Source: Rhodosorus marinus CCMP1338 (lineage: Eukaryota > Plantae > Rhodophyta). Taken from it: 64,000 bases of DNA. Within the stretch, counting starts at the first letter, position 1. Each line of letters begins with the position of its first letter. Positions 24,168 to 33,840 of this stretch are shown here, piece after piece. The position numbers were made by a program, and so were the translations under genes. The stretch spans positions 496,001 through 560,000 of the forward strand of contig JAMWBK010000004.1 in NCBI GenBank assembly GCA_029953675.1, written 5' to 3'. Below the pieces are notes generated by a model that saw only the letters and a program-made list of their open reading frames with translations, was not told where the DNA came from and did no database searches.

Positions 24168-24430
24168 TAACGAACTTGTCAATGGGAAGAATGCAAAGAA
24201 AAACAAAAAAGCTCGAGGGGAAAACAAAAACCCTACCGCGCTGCAAAAGACAGCGCGCCGCCTCCACCATCAAGGCAGAAGTCCATATCGCCACAGCAAG
24301 AAACTTATTGGCGGATAAAAACAACGAGGAGAGACAGTCGGTCAGGGCGTTCCGCAGAGAACAGACTCCCGAAAAGCCAAACCTGAACCAAGCGGCGTCC
24401 CATAAACCCAAACTTCTTCAATGACCAGAC
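24168..24430 (-). mobile_element. 3' fragment of RLE family C (copy 4, more diverged)
   Basis: cgcgccgcctcc...cgccacagcaagaaactta...aacaacgaggagagac...gtcagggcgttc...tcaatgaccaga. Confidence 0.72.
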
Positions 24431-26652
24431 CATATGCCAAACGATGACATACATAAGCGGCGTGCTCCACAATATGCCATTTGCCCTCCCAACCCTCAAC
24501 GGCTTTTTTTTTCTTTGCATTGTGTTTGTATTTGTTTTTTTTTTACACTGTTTTCGGATGGAAAATTATCTCCTTTTTTGTTGATATATATATATATATG
24601 TGTATACATATATATATGTTTTTATAAAATAAAATCGAGCCATGAGTACAATTTTTTTAATTAAGTTTTAATATAAAAAACTTAAGATATCCCGTCTTGG
24701 AATACAATTTTTCGTGAAACTGGCCAATCAGTGTGATAGGACATCTTACACCATTTGCGAGTCCAGTCAATCCAGTCTGACGCGAGACTTTCTTTTTTTT
24801 TTGGGGGGGGGGATGGTGGGAGGTCCTTTCCGGTCAAAATATTAAATAAAGGAAAATAGTTTCTTTCATTTTTTGAGTTTAATCACTTTTTTTGTGTGGT
24901 GTATATATAACCCCTATTGGAATGTATAGAGCATCTTGGATTCTCCTTACAAATACTAACAGAACACAGGAATTTAGTAGTTGTCGATAAAGAAGAAGGG
25001 AGGGGTTAACTTTTGGTTCTACCACCTGTGCCCATATGCCAAAAAACAATTTCACTGTCAGTACAAATGCATACCTTACATCATTTTACCTTCGGTACTG
25101 AGCAACCCTAGTCTGTTTGGCGTTGACCGAATTTATCTGTGTTTTGATTTATTTTTGAAGGATTTGTGAGAAAGAAGAAAAGATAAGAGGGGGGGAGAGA
25201 ACCGGAGGGCAAAGAAGAAGACCGGCTTCTGTCTATTTCTGGATAGTCCACAGAAGCTCTCCATAATTAGGATGCCAACGCGGACTGTTGGAAAAGAGGG
25301 ATTTCCATCGTTTGTTTGTTCAGGTTTTGCTTCCCATGCCCTCTTCCGAGAAAAAAAAATAACAAAACAAAACGAAACAAACAAACAACAAAACGGTTGT
25401 CCGATTTGTGAAGATTCTCTTATTCATCATCATCTTGTTTGGTGTACAGACAAGGCGACGACCTTGGGTCTATCTTATGCCGCGTCGCAGTTGGAGTGTG
25501 TGTTGAGAACCGCCAACGGCTTTTTCTAAAAGGGGAAGAGGTTTCCCACGTTAGCGAGCGAGGAGATTTGTTAGGGTCCAGTGTTGAACTGATTTTCACC
25601 TAACACGGTCCAGATGAGGTCACCTGACCCACACCCCCCCCCCTTCCACCCATTGCCCCGACGTTGAGTGTGGGAGTTGGCGAATTTCGTGGTACATGAT
25701 TCGTCATTGGGATTGTGTTATCGAACTTTGTCCTTTGGTCGACAATAAAAATTGCCGTTAAAGAGACATGTCCTCTTTTAGCTCCAATGTTGAAAAAGAC
25801 GTCATCTGACACGGTCAAAGCGTAGGGTTGGCGGACTCCGTGTAACATGATTCGCACTTCTTCCCGTTGGGATGATGCTATGAGACTTCACCCTTGGTAA
25901 GGAGCAAATTGCCGTTAGAGACTTGCATGCTCTCCTCCCCCCCCCCCAGCCCAACTGCATGGCAAACTCCCAATAAGCAATGCATCTTCGTTGGACAAAA
26001 CAGGAAATCCCTTTAGGATTGTGTCTTCTCTACGGGGGTTGGCAAGGCTCTGCACTGCCAACCCCTTAGACGAGACACACCGGAGAGAGGGGGAGGCGGG
26101 GAGAGGACAGGAGTGGGGATGTTTAGAAGCCCTGTCCTACTGCGCTAATAACCGACTTTTCCGTTCGAGGGCATCTTCTGCTTTTCCTGAAAACCCTCGA
26201 GACTGAATCCAAGGCTTACGAAATTCTATAGGGATCTTTGGCTAGGGGGTTGGAACCTCCTGCCTGAAAAGCTCTTCTGTGAGAGAGTCCATCCAGTGGG
26301 TTGCAGATTTCCAAGCTAGTTTTGTGGGAGTACGTAGTGAGCGCCCGGAAGAAAGGGGAGAGGAGAGAGGGGAGCGAGGGGTGAGGAAGAGGGGCAGGTA
26401 CCGGGCCCCTTACTTGGCAGTTGGTATTGTATCTGTCTGTTGATATTCAAGGATACAGAGAATAGTACACAATTTGTAGTCTATTTTTCGATTATGGTTA
26501 ACGGCGGGGGCGGCGTGAGGTTATATTAAGGAAATGGCTATGGATGCTTGGTGACCATGGGCATGGGGTTGGGAGAGTCGGTAGCGAAGGAGGGTTGAAA
26601 GGTACTGGAGAGAGACTGGAGAGGATTTGCAATTGTAGAGAAAGAATCAAAT

Positions 26653-27264
26653 ATGAAGAGCTTGAAGCTGATTACGTTGCTTGTTGCGGTCTTGGCGATG
26701 GCTGCGTACGTGGAGGCGGAGAACTACGAGAACGCCCTCTACTTTATGACCGGTATGCAAGTGAGTTGGATTTTTCTTGTGCACGGCGGACAAGACTGCA
26801 TTCCACTCATAGCCAATATTGGAGCATGGAATTCAAGCAACGGTTTTGAAAAAATCGGCGAGGTTTGTGTAGATGTGGTAGAAGACCACGGTACTCTCTC
26901 GACTCGTTTCCAGTACTCAGTTGACCCAGGATTCTCGATCACACGAGCCTACTCTGGGGTACACAGAAACTGCCAGGTGAAGAGAGTATTCCCGTACCAA
27001 CGGTCTGAGAGGCATCCGGGGGGCACGACGAATGTAACCCAATTTGTTGGCTTCGACGAGTATGACTGCCCGGCGGAGTACCCCCAGGGTTGCTGCAACA
27101 GGAGAAACTGTTTCAGCCCAAAACTGAAGATCGTTCAAGACTCTAGGCCTGAACTTGGCGTGGTAAATGCGTTCCCAGCAGATGACCCTTCGGGTCCGTG
27201 GGGATGTCGTACCATAAGGGGCCTAAGGCGCTGCCTTGCAACTATCTCGTGCCTTGCGGAGTAA
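26653..27264 (+). CDS. Secreted Cys-rich domain protein (203 aa)
   Basis: Signal peptide MKSLKLITLLVAVLAMAAYVEA. Paralog of 16092..16709. Confidence 0.87.
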   Translation: MKSLKLITLLVAVLAMAAYVEAENYENALYFMTGMQVSWIFLVHGGQDCIPLIANIGAWNSSNGFEKIGEVCVDVVEDHGTLSTRFQYSVDPGFSITRAYSGVHRNCQVKRVFPYQRSERHPGGTTNVTQFVGFDEYDCPAEYPQGCCNRRNCFSPKLKIVQDSRPELGVVNAFPADDPSGPWGCRTIRGLRRCLATISCLAE

Positions 27265-27403
27265 AAAGAACCATCAGAGTGCAGATTCAACATGAAAGCT
27301 GCGAACGGGCTTGCTTTGTTTTGGGATAGGAATGAATGAATGTGCGAAGACGTCAACCATAAAAATACGCTCCTCTGCTAAGAATTTTGGAATTTTTGTA
27401 TCA

Positions 27404-27443
27404 TAGTCGAAGACATAAGGGTTTAGTCGAAGACATAAGGGTT
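27404..27443. repeat. Perfect 20-bp tandem duplication
   Basis: tagtcgaagacataagggtt occurs twice. Confidence 0.95.
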
Positions 27444-27639
27444 TTCGTTCGTCGCCCCATAGCTATACTCTATACTCACCATTGGATTCTTTTAAAATCC
27501 TCTCGGTAGTCTCTTCCGCACACCGGGTTCCGGGAACCCTTGTGGCAGTTTCATTCCTGCACAACTTGTAGCAAGCTTCCTATGTGCTTCCCCCTCTGGT
27601 CGTAGAGGACCCATGACCATGGTGGCTACCACAGACAGT

Positions 27640-27910
27640 GGTGCAAGGGAACGATACGACTTGTCGTTGCACTGACCTGTATTTTCTACGTACTTACTTC
27701 CCATTGTAATTTGATGAATCTCGCAACTGCATGATCTCATGACTGTCCCACCTGATATGAGACCTCTCCCGCCATCATGCGCTTATCCTACGCTCTCAAG
27801 CGTCCACAGGGTTTCAACCGGGTTTCCACCGGTGCAACGAATATGCCTCTCTGAAATTTCCTTCCTGGATATTTAAAAACAGCCATCTAACAACCTCTTG
27901 TGTCAAAGAC
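27640..27910. repeat. Diverged duplicate of about 12670..12915 (3' flank shared between the paralog loci)
   Basis: gcctctctgaaatttccttcctgga at about 12846 and 27846, plus gtcccacct and gtcaaaga blocks. Confidence 0.7.
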
Positions 27911-28067
27911 TGCATGTTCAGTCGGAACTCCGCCTTCTATCCCTTGCAGGGTTTCCACCCTCGTGTTCAAAGCTATAAAGAGTAACCGTAAGCTTTACTG
28001 GGCAGCTGCCTACTGCAGCGCAACACTACGTCTAATCCTATCTAGGGAGAAACTTACTGGAACCCCG

Positions 28068-31000
28068 CTACCGGGGTCTCATGCTACGTTCAAAAGAAAA
28101 AACAGGCACCAGCGGATTCTCCAGCTGGTCCACGCGCAAAGCGCCTAATGCTATCTCTGCGTTACCTCGCCATAGTTGCCGGTTTATCTGGGATCTCACG
28201 TCTCTCAGCTCGTCACTCCTGTGCAGTAGGTGTTTGCAGCTGTCGCGGAGGAACTCTTGTGCCATTTGCCCCGTACGCCCAAACGTCTCTATCGCTATCG
28301 GGATGAACTTATCATCCGGTTTCTCGATCACCATCGATTCTTTGTAGTGAGCGATTTTCCACTTCTCCGCAGCTCTCGCCGCGTATCTGCTATCATCTTG
28401 GCTCCGCCGCAAATATTTTCCCTGTAATGGTGACACCACCGTTACATCCAGCGCATACCTTTGTTTGGTCCTCGGATGCCTAGCAACGATATCAGGTCGC
28501 GGTCCGTAGTTCTCGAAGTACCCCTCAGGTTCTTGCTCTACGTCCATGAAGTTCCATCGCCTTAGCCACCGTGCCAGCTCTCTGCAGATTTCGTCATGCC
28601 TACGTTGCCACAGTCCAGTTGATGTTGGGCAGTGATGAAACCGTTGTACCCCAGTCCTTCCGTGTTTACTCCGGCAACTAGTGCACTTCTCGGTGGTCCG
28701 CAATCCCGGAATTGGCAGACCCAGCAGTTGTCGAACGTTTACCTGCATCTCAACCGCACTCAATTTTTTCGGTGTCGGCGTTGGTATTTCACGTAGCCAG
28801 ACTCCCGACCCGGATCCCGCGGCAGACCGTATTCGAGCTCGGTTTTCAGGGGAGATTCGTGGGTTGGTGACCAGCTTTTGGAATGCACAATGGTGTGCCT
28901 CTCGAGAGAGGGTTTGTTGTATTGAACCATTATTCCAAGCTGCAGTCTCGCCCGGGGCGCTTCGAAGAGATGTTTCTCGCGGTTGTTGCAGGGTAGTCAG
29001 TGCCAAGATCCGCGGCGGGGTTTCTGGTCCGAGCCTCCGTTGTATTGCTCGCGACGATGCACAGATCTGGTCCGCCAGCTGTGCAGTCGACCATCGTTGA
29101 TCCATCGGCTCGTATGTGTCTGGTGAGCGTTCTGCCGTAACCTCCCGCTCTAGTTCAGTCAGGTACGGCCATTCATCTTCATTGTTCCGGAAGGTGTTTC
29201 TCCATGACGAGTAAAACGCGATGGGTTGGACGCGCTTTCGAGTAGCGAAACCCAAACCTCCCCAGCGGCAGGGCAGAGCGATTTGGTCCGAGATCAGCTC
29301 TGCGTACTCATCGTCCTCTACAGCTGTCGTAGCGAGCTCTCCGAATAGAATTTCCAGGTGATATCTGGTCATTGCGTCGGCCTCGCGTGCCAGATTTCTT
29401 CCAAACTCGTATGCGAGGCATCGTAGCACATAGTCTAGTCGCGTTTCTGCACAGAACCTGAAGAGGGCAATTTGCGTCATAAGCTCCGGTTGTGGGAGCT
29501 TGGCAATTTCCTCAAAGAGTTTCTCATGCTTATTTTGCAACCCCCGGCACTCCTGTTCGATATATTCTCGGCTGCCTATCGGTATCGAGTGGATGGTGAC
29601 TCCGTCTCTGGTCACTTGCACTCCAGGAATCTCATGGTTGACCACTCGCGTGGTAGTCAGTGTTCGCGCGTACACAGTGCACTTGCCGAGTTGCAGGCGT
29701 GCTCCAAGAGAGGGGAGCACAGTTTTTGCCCATGCCAGGGACGCCTTCACGGCTTGTAGCGACCCGACAATCGTGATATCGTCGTGGATAGCAACAATCG
29801 TTTCGTTGGGGAACTTGGCTCGCAACGCTCTTAGAAAGGGCGCCAGGGATAGTGCATGTAGCACCGGCCCCAGTGGATCTCCCTGTTGGACTCCTGTAGT
29901 TGCTTGGAGAGTCAGGCGAGCGGTGTCGGTTTCGTTCTGTCCCGGGGAAGATCGCCAGCCACAGAGCGTCGGTGAGTCCGCGTTGTCGCTTCCATAGCCA
30001 AGTCTATACACTGGTGCAAGCTCCGGCAAGTGTTCGTCCACCAGTTGCTTGGCAAGGCGTCGGTCGATGCGATTAAAGGCATTCTCTAGGTCTAGCCGAA
30101 GGACCACCGAATCGGGTGCGCATGACAAATGGGCCTGGATCGCGTGAAGTGAGCGTTCGCACCCGCCACTTACTCCAATACCCAGTTGCAAGGGCACCAG
30201 GAGCTCACGCACCCTGTCCATAACCGCGTGAAGAGTCCATTGCGTTGCTACCTTGCGCAAAACTTCTGGTACTCCGATAGGGCGAACTCCGGGATGTTCC
30301 TGCGGCTCTGAACCCTTGTTAGGCTTCGCGAACGGCAGGAGTCGACTTCTGCGAAGGGCGCGGGTCAAAGCCGGGGAAAATTTCTCAGGAGCGGTCGCCA
30401 GTTGTCGCAATACACGAATCAAAGCCACTTGCGTCTGTTGAGTTGCACCTTGGAGGTGTTCCGCTCGGAGACCGCTAGGACCTGGGCTCTTGCCCTGAGG
30501 AAGACGTGCCACGATCGACATGAGGCCCTCGTCGGCAGCTTTTCTTGAATCCCACCGCCGCTTTAGTGTTTCGGTATTCAGAGCGAGCAAAGATTGCAGG
30601 GCGTGTGCAATCTCGTCTGGTAAGTCACCTTCCGCCGGGTTGGGAAAGAGCGCTTGTAGTTGTCTCCACATAGCCGCGGTAAAAGGTGCCATTTCGCTGG
30701 CCTGTAGGCTCCGAGCTGCATCTGAAAGGCGGCCAAGGTGTGCTAGTTTCAGCGCTCGCTTGTGGCGCCCGAGATGTTTGCGTCGAACCGCTTCAGCTCC
30801 TTGCGGTGCGGTAGTATGCGACAGCATAGACGCCTTGTCCTCTAGAGCGCTCCAGACCGTAGAGAATTCTCCTTCAAGCACATGCGATACCTGAATGCCA
30901 ACATCAAGTGCAGAGTGTCCAAGGACCAGGCCTGGAAGTCCGACAAGAAGCAGGCTGGCGGTTGTTGGTGCGGTGCTGTCCGTAGAGAGCTCTAATGCAG

Positions 31001-31208
31001 CACGGAAAAGGCAGCTCCATGTTTGAACCTGGGCGCGTGGCACAAATCGCCGTGTGGGAACAGGGCAGTGTGTAAGGCGCGTCCACTGCCTGCCTCCTTC
31101 CGTGATGTCGTCGACGAAGACGAAACACCGCCTGATCCAGTCTTGACGATCCGAGAAGAACAGAGGCTCGTCGCGGCGTCGTTTGATTCCCCTACGTCTG
31201 CTCGGCAT
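28068..31208 (-). CDS. ORF2: reverse transcriptase, zinc knuckle and restriction-like endonuclease (1046 aa, intact)
   Basis: SPGPSGLR, RPIGVPEVLRK, DLENAFN, GVQQGDPLGP and IHDD; CTSC...HHC and RRHD; RPDIV...LDVTVVSP...K. The GVQQGDPLGP and PIGVPE signatures indicate the CRE clade. Confidence 0.93.
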   Translation of the reverse strand: MPSRRRGIKRRRDEPLFFSDRQDWIRRCFVFVDDITEGGRQWTRLTHCPVPTRRFVPRAQVQTWSCLFRAALELSTDSTAPTTASLLLVGLPGLVLGHSALDVGIQVSHVLEGEFSTVWSALEDKASMLSHTTAPQGAEAVRRKHLGRHKRALKLAHLGRLSDAARSLQASEMAPFTAAMWRQLQALFPNPAEGDLPDEIAHALQSLLALNTETLKRRWDSRKAADEGLMSIVARLPQGKSPGPSGLRAEHLQGATQQTQVALIRVLRQLATAPEKFSPALTRALRRSRLLPFAKPNKGSEPQEHPGVRPIGVPEVLRKVATQWTLHAVMDRVRELLVPLQLGIGVSGGCERSLHAIQAHLSCAPDSVVLRLDLENAFNRIDRRLAKQLVDEHLPELAPVYRLGYGSDNADSPTLCGWRSSPGQNETDTARLTLQATTGVQQGDPLGPVLHALSLAPFLRALRAKFPNETIVAIHDDITIVGSLQAVKASLAWAKTVLPSLGARLQLGKCTVYARTLTTTRVVNHEIPGVQVTRDGVTIHSIPIGSREYIEQECRGLQNKHEKLFEEIAKLPQPELMTQIALFRFCAETRLDYVLRCLAYEFGRNLAREADAMTRYHLEILFGELATTAVEDDEYAELISDQIALPCRWGGLGFATRKRVQPIAFYSSWRNTFRNNEDEWPYLTELEREVTAERSPDTYEPMDQRWSTAQLADQICASSRAIQRRLGPETPPRILALTTLQQPRETSLRSAPGETAAWNNGSIQQTLSREAHHCAFQKLVTNPRISPENRARIRSAAGSGSGVWLREIPTPTPKKLSAVEMQVNVRQLLGLPIPGLRTTEKCTSCRSKHGRTGVQRFHHCPTSTGLWQRRHDEICRELARWLRRWNFMDVEQEPEGYFENYGPRPDIVARHPRTKQRYALDVTVVSPLQGKYLRRSQDDSRYAARAAEKWKIAHYKESMVIEKPDDKFIPIAIETFGRTGQMAQEFLRDSCKHLLHRSDELRDVRSQINRQLWRGNAEIALGALRVDQLENPLVPVFSFERSMRPR

Positions 31209-32848
31209 TATTGCGCTGGGTTTTCCTGGTTCTCCTGCGTGTCCATCGCGTGATGGTTGCCGTCAAGGGCAACCTGTGTCACAGTGGTATCCGGTGGAGT
31301 CTCCACGGCTGCCGGAGTCATCTCAGTATCCGGTCCGGTTCCATCGGCGGATACTCGCGAGCGCTTCTGTTGAGGTGGCTCCGGAAGGTTGCAGAGGAGC
31401 TCCGCATGGGGATTGTCCTCGTGTGCTGCGTTCTCAGGTACTTGGGAAGTCGCGCTAGTCTCAACCTGGGCGTTAACTGTCCCACGGTCTGCCTGTACAT
31501 CCCCTGGAAGGGACGAGGCTTCAGGGTCTGCGTTCGAAGCGGCTGCAGGCCCAGGGGGTTCCGCGCACTCCCCGGGTAACTCAGGCGGATGTTGTCTGCC
31601 TTTTAGGAGCTCTAGTCGTGCCTCCAGATACTCGTAGAGGGCTGCGAGAGTGTGGAAGGAGAGTTATCGCCTGCGGATCCTCGAACGAATGCGGACAAGC
31701 TGCTCGATGGCCCGCTTCAGCGTGTGGGCAGCGATATCCCCGGGAGCGATGGTCTGACGTTCGAGGTAACCCAGAAGGTTGTCTGGGTCCAGCGCCTGGC
31801 CAGTGTAAAGGCTTACTTGTCTATCGGCGTGTCGTTGTGTGAAGGATCCGAATATCCCAGTCCGGAAAACTCCTCGGGAGATGGCACTTTGGAGAATCGG
31901 AATTGCGTCTGGATGGCACAGCAGGCAGGCATGGGAGGCAATAAAGTCCACATGCACCACATAAGAGCTGGGCATACCCAGTGCTCTGCAAAGAACCGTT
32001 GCAAATTCCGCAGGGGCCACCTCATCCAGCCTTGGGGGTCGGACATTCCGTAGCGTCGCGAGGACTGGAGCAACATCGGGTCCCCAGCAAGACCCCCCGA
32101 CCGTAGCGTGCAGTTGCCGTAGGGCAGCCTGTTGGGTCTGGGGTCCAGGGCGTCCACAAGTTCTGGAACGAGCATCTCCTCCTCTCGCTGGTTCTTTTTG
32201 TGCTGCGAAATCGGCGAAGGTTGGCCTTGTAGGGCCCTCCCCGATGGCTGGGAATGTCTCCGCATAGTGTCCTAGATCCCGGACACCTGTCCCTGCCTGG
32301 GGCGCAGGGAGCCGGGTTCCTAAATCATGGACGGCATAACTTCCTGGCAGACGACCGTTACGGTAACGGGTTTCGGGGCCGAGGTGGTTGCCTACGGCCT
32401 GTCGCGGGAGATCTCGCGGGAGATCATGCGGAGATGGTGCAGAATTCGTAGTAGCGGCTCCACCTTCCCACATACCCGGTTTCCGGGACAACTCCGTAAG
32501 GCGTCCGGTGACACCTTGCAGCTCTTGCGAGCTGTTGACCCTCGAGTACAGTTGAAAAACGGCTTTGTAGAAGTCTGTAATTTCGGAAGCAGCGATGCCC
32601 AGGTCCTGGTAGCATCTGTCGAAGCTACGCAGTTGATGCAAGAATGTGGCTGCCGGGTCGGTTGCGGCTGCAGACTCGGTCCGCGTTCTTGCTTGAACAT
32701 TGCCTGCTTGTGGTTCCGTCGGTGTCTCCTGCACGTCGCCATCAGACTGGTGCTGGTGCCTTTGCAAAACTTCCCGGGTGCCCGAGGGGTCCGGGCCCTG
32801 AATGACAAGAGGTTCGGGGTACGGCCCGCGTACCTCCCTCACGATCAT
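31208..32848 (-). pseudogene. ORF1 of family B (545 codons with one in-frame TAA at 31666-31664)
   Basis: ORF 31664..32848 (394 aa) continues in frame and stop-free for 151 more codons to a TAA at 31210-31208, which overlaps the ORF2 ATG. Confidence 0.78.
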
Positions 32849-32989
32849 CTTCGAACTTTCTTACGAACTTTTGTTGTTGTCTTCCGTACGAACTTTACCT
32901 TTTTACCGTGTACACTTTACCCAGACTCGTCAACCCAGAGTAACGCAACCTCATTCGGGGACCAAATAATGACGCCGGGGTAATGCTGC

Positions 32990-33244
32990 CTAGGTACTGC
33001 GAATAAAAGTGTACAAGCCAAGGCGAGGGGTAGCGAGCCTCGGCTAGCATGCTGCTAGAATATCGCTGGACCGGAATAGGAGTACAAGACACTGGGCAGG
33101 ATGGTCAGTAAAACACTTTGCGAAGCCTGTCCCAGCTTGGCTTTTCAAGACGACCAAAACTTTCGACGATGAAATGCTGAACCTTTCCACCCAGCCCTCA
33201 GCGCCCGGGAGGCTGACAATGCTCTCGGAGTACGGTCTTCCTTT
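32990..33244 (-). mobile_element. Degenerate 5'-truncated family-A-like copy (A3)
   Basis: RYSSSMLAEAR and gcctcggctagcatgctgctagaatatcgc match the A1/A2 3' ends, with internal deletions. Confidence 0.78.
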
Positions 33245-33245
33245 C

Positions 33246-33839
33246 TATGGCTTTACTGGCTTTATTAGCATAGCCTACAGCGCTACGCAAACCGTGAAAA
33301 GGAACTAAGAACTAGGTAGGGAAGCGTGCAAACCCAGGCGCCGATGGCGCGCCTCGGCAAGCATGCTGCTCGAATATCGCCACAGAGAGACACTTAAGCG
33401 CCGCAAAAGTTCCAAGTATTCAACAGGATGCTCAGTGAAACATTTCCGCAACCACTCCAAACCCGACTTCTCCACGTGACCAAAGCTTTCCACAATGAAA
33501 GGCTGGAACCGGTGGGAGCGACCCTCAGCGCGAGGCAGGCTGGCCATACTCTCAGCATACCGTCGTTCCTTCACGCGGCGAAGGGGCGAAGGGCCGAAGC
33601 AGCTGCTTCCCGGCGGCGGGCGGCAGCCGTGAGATGGGCGCTTGCCACAGGATATGTAATCGCGAGGTAAACATATGCTGAGCGTCTGGCGGCAGCATCG
33701 GAGACGAGGAGATCTCCGATACAGCGGGGCGGTGCCCTATCCGAGACCGATCTGGGTAGTTCCGATTCCACCTCAACCGTATGCCCTCCCCGAGTCAGAC
33801 ATTCGCTGAGAATGTACTTGAAGCGAGTGTGACGCCTCG
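33246..33839 (-). mobile_element. 5'-truncated family A copy (A2, about 600 bp, frameshifted)
   Basis: Collinear with 33845..34440. Encodes ESELPRSVSDRAPPRCIGDLLV and KERRYAESM...HRFQPFIVESFGH. Confidence 0.92.
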
Positions 33840-33840
33840 C

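Larger units (their letters stand above)
27986..32900 (-). mobile_element. Near-full-length two-ORF CRE-like non-LTR retrotransposon (family B)
   Basis: ORF1 plus an RT-RLE ORF2. The 3' UTR motif gttgcgctgcagtaggcagctgcccagtaaagcttacgg is shared with the 46.7-kb copy. The 5' boundary is approximate. Confidence 0.88.

Noticed and set aside
32900-33015. HDV-like ribozyme (GG-P4-GCGAA-P2 pattern on the plus strand)
   Set aside because: P3/L3 and P1 cannot be placed in the required order, and the pattern is antisense to the elements. Kept only as a structured-segment finding.
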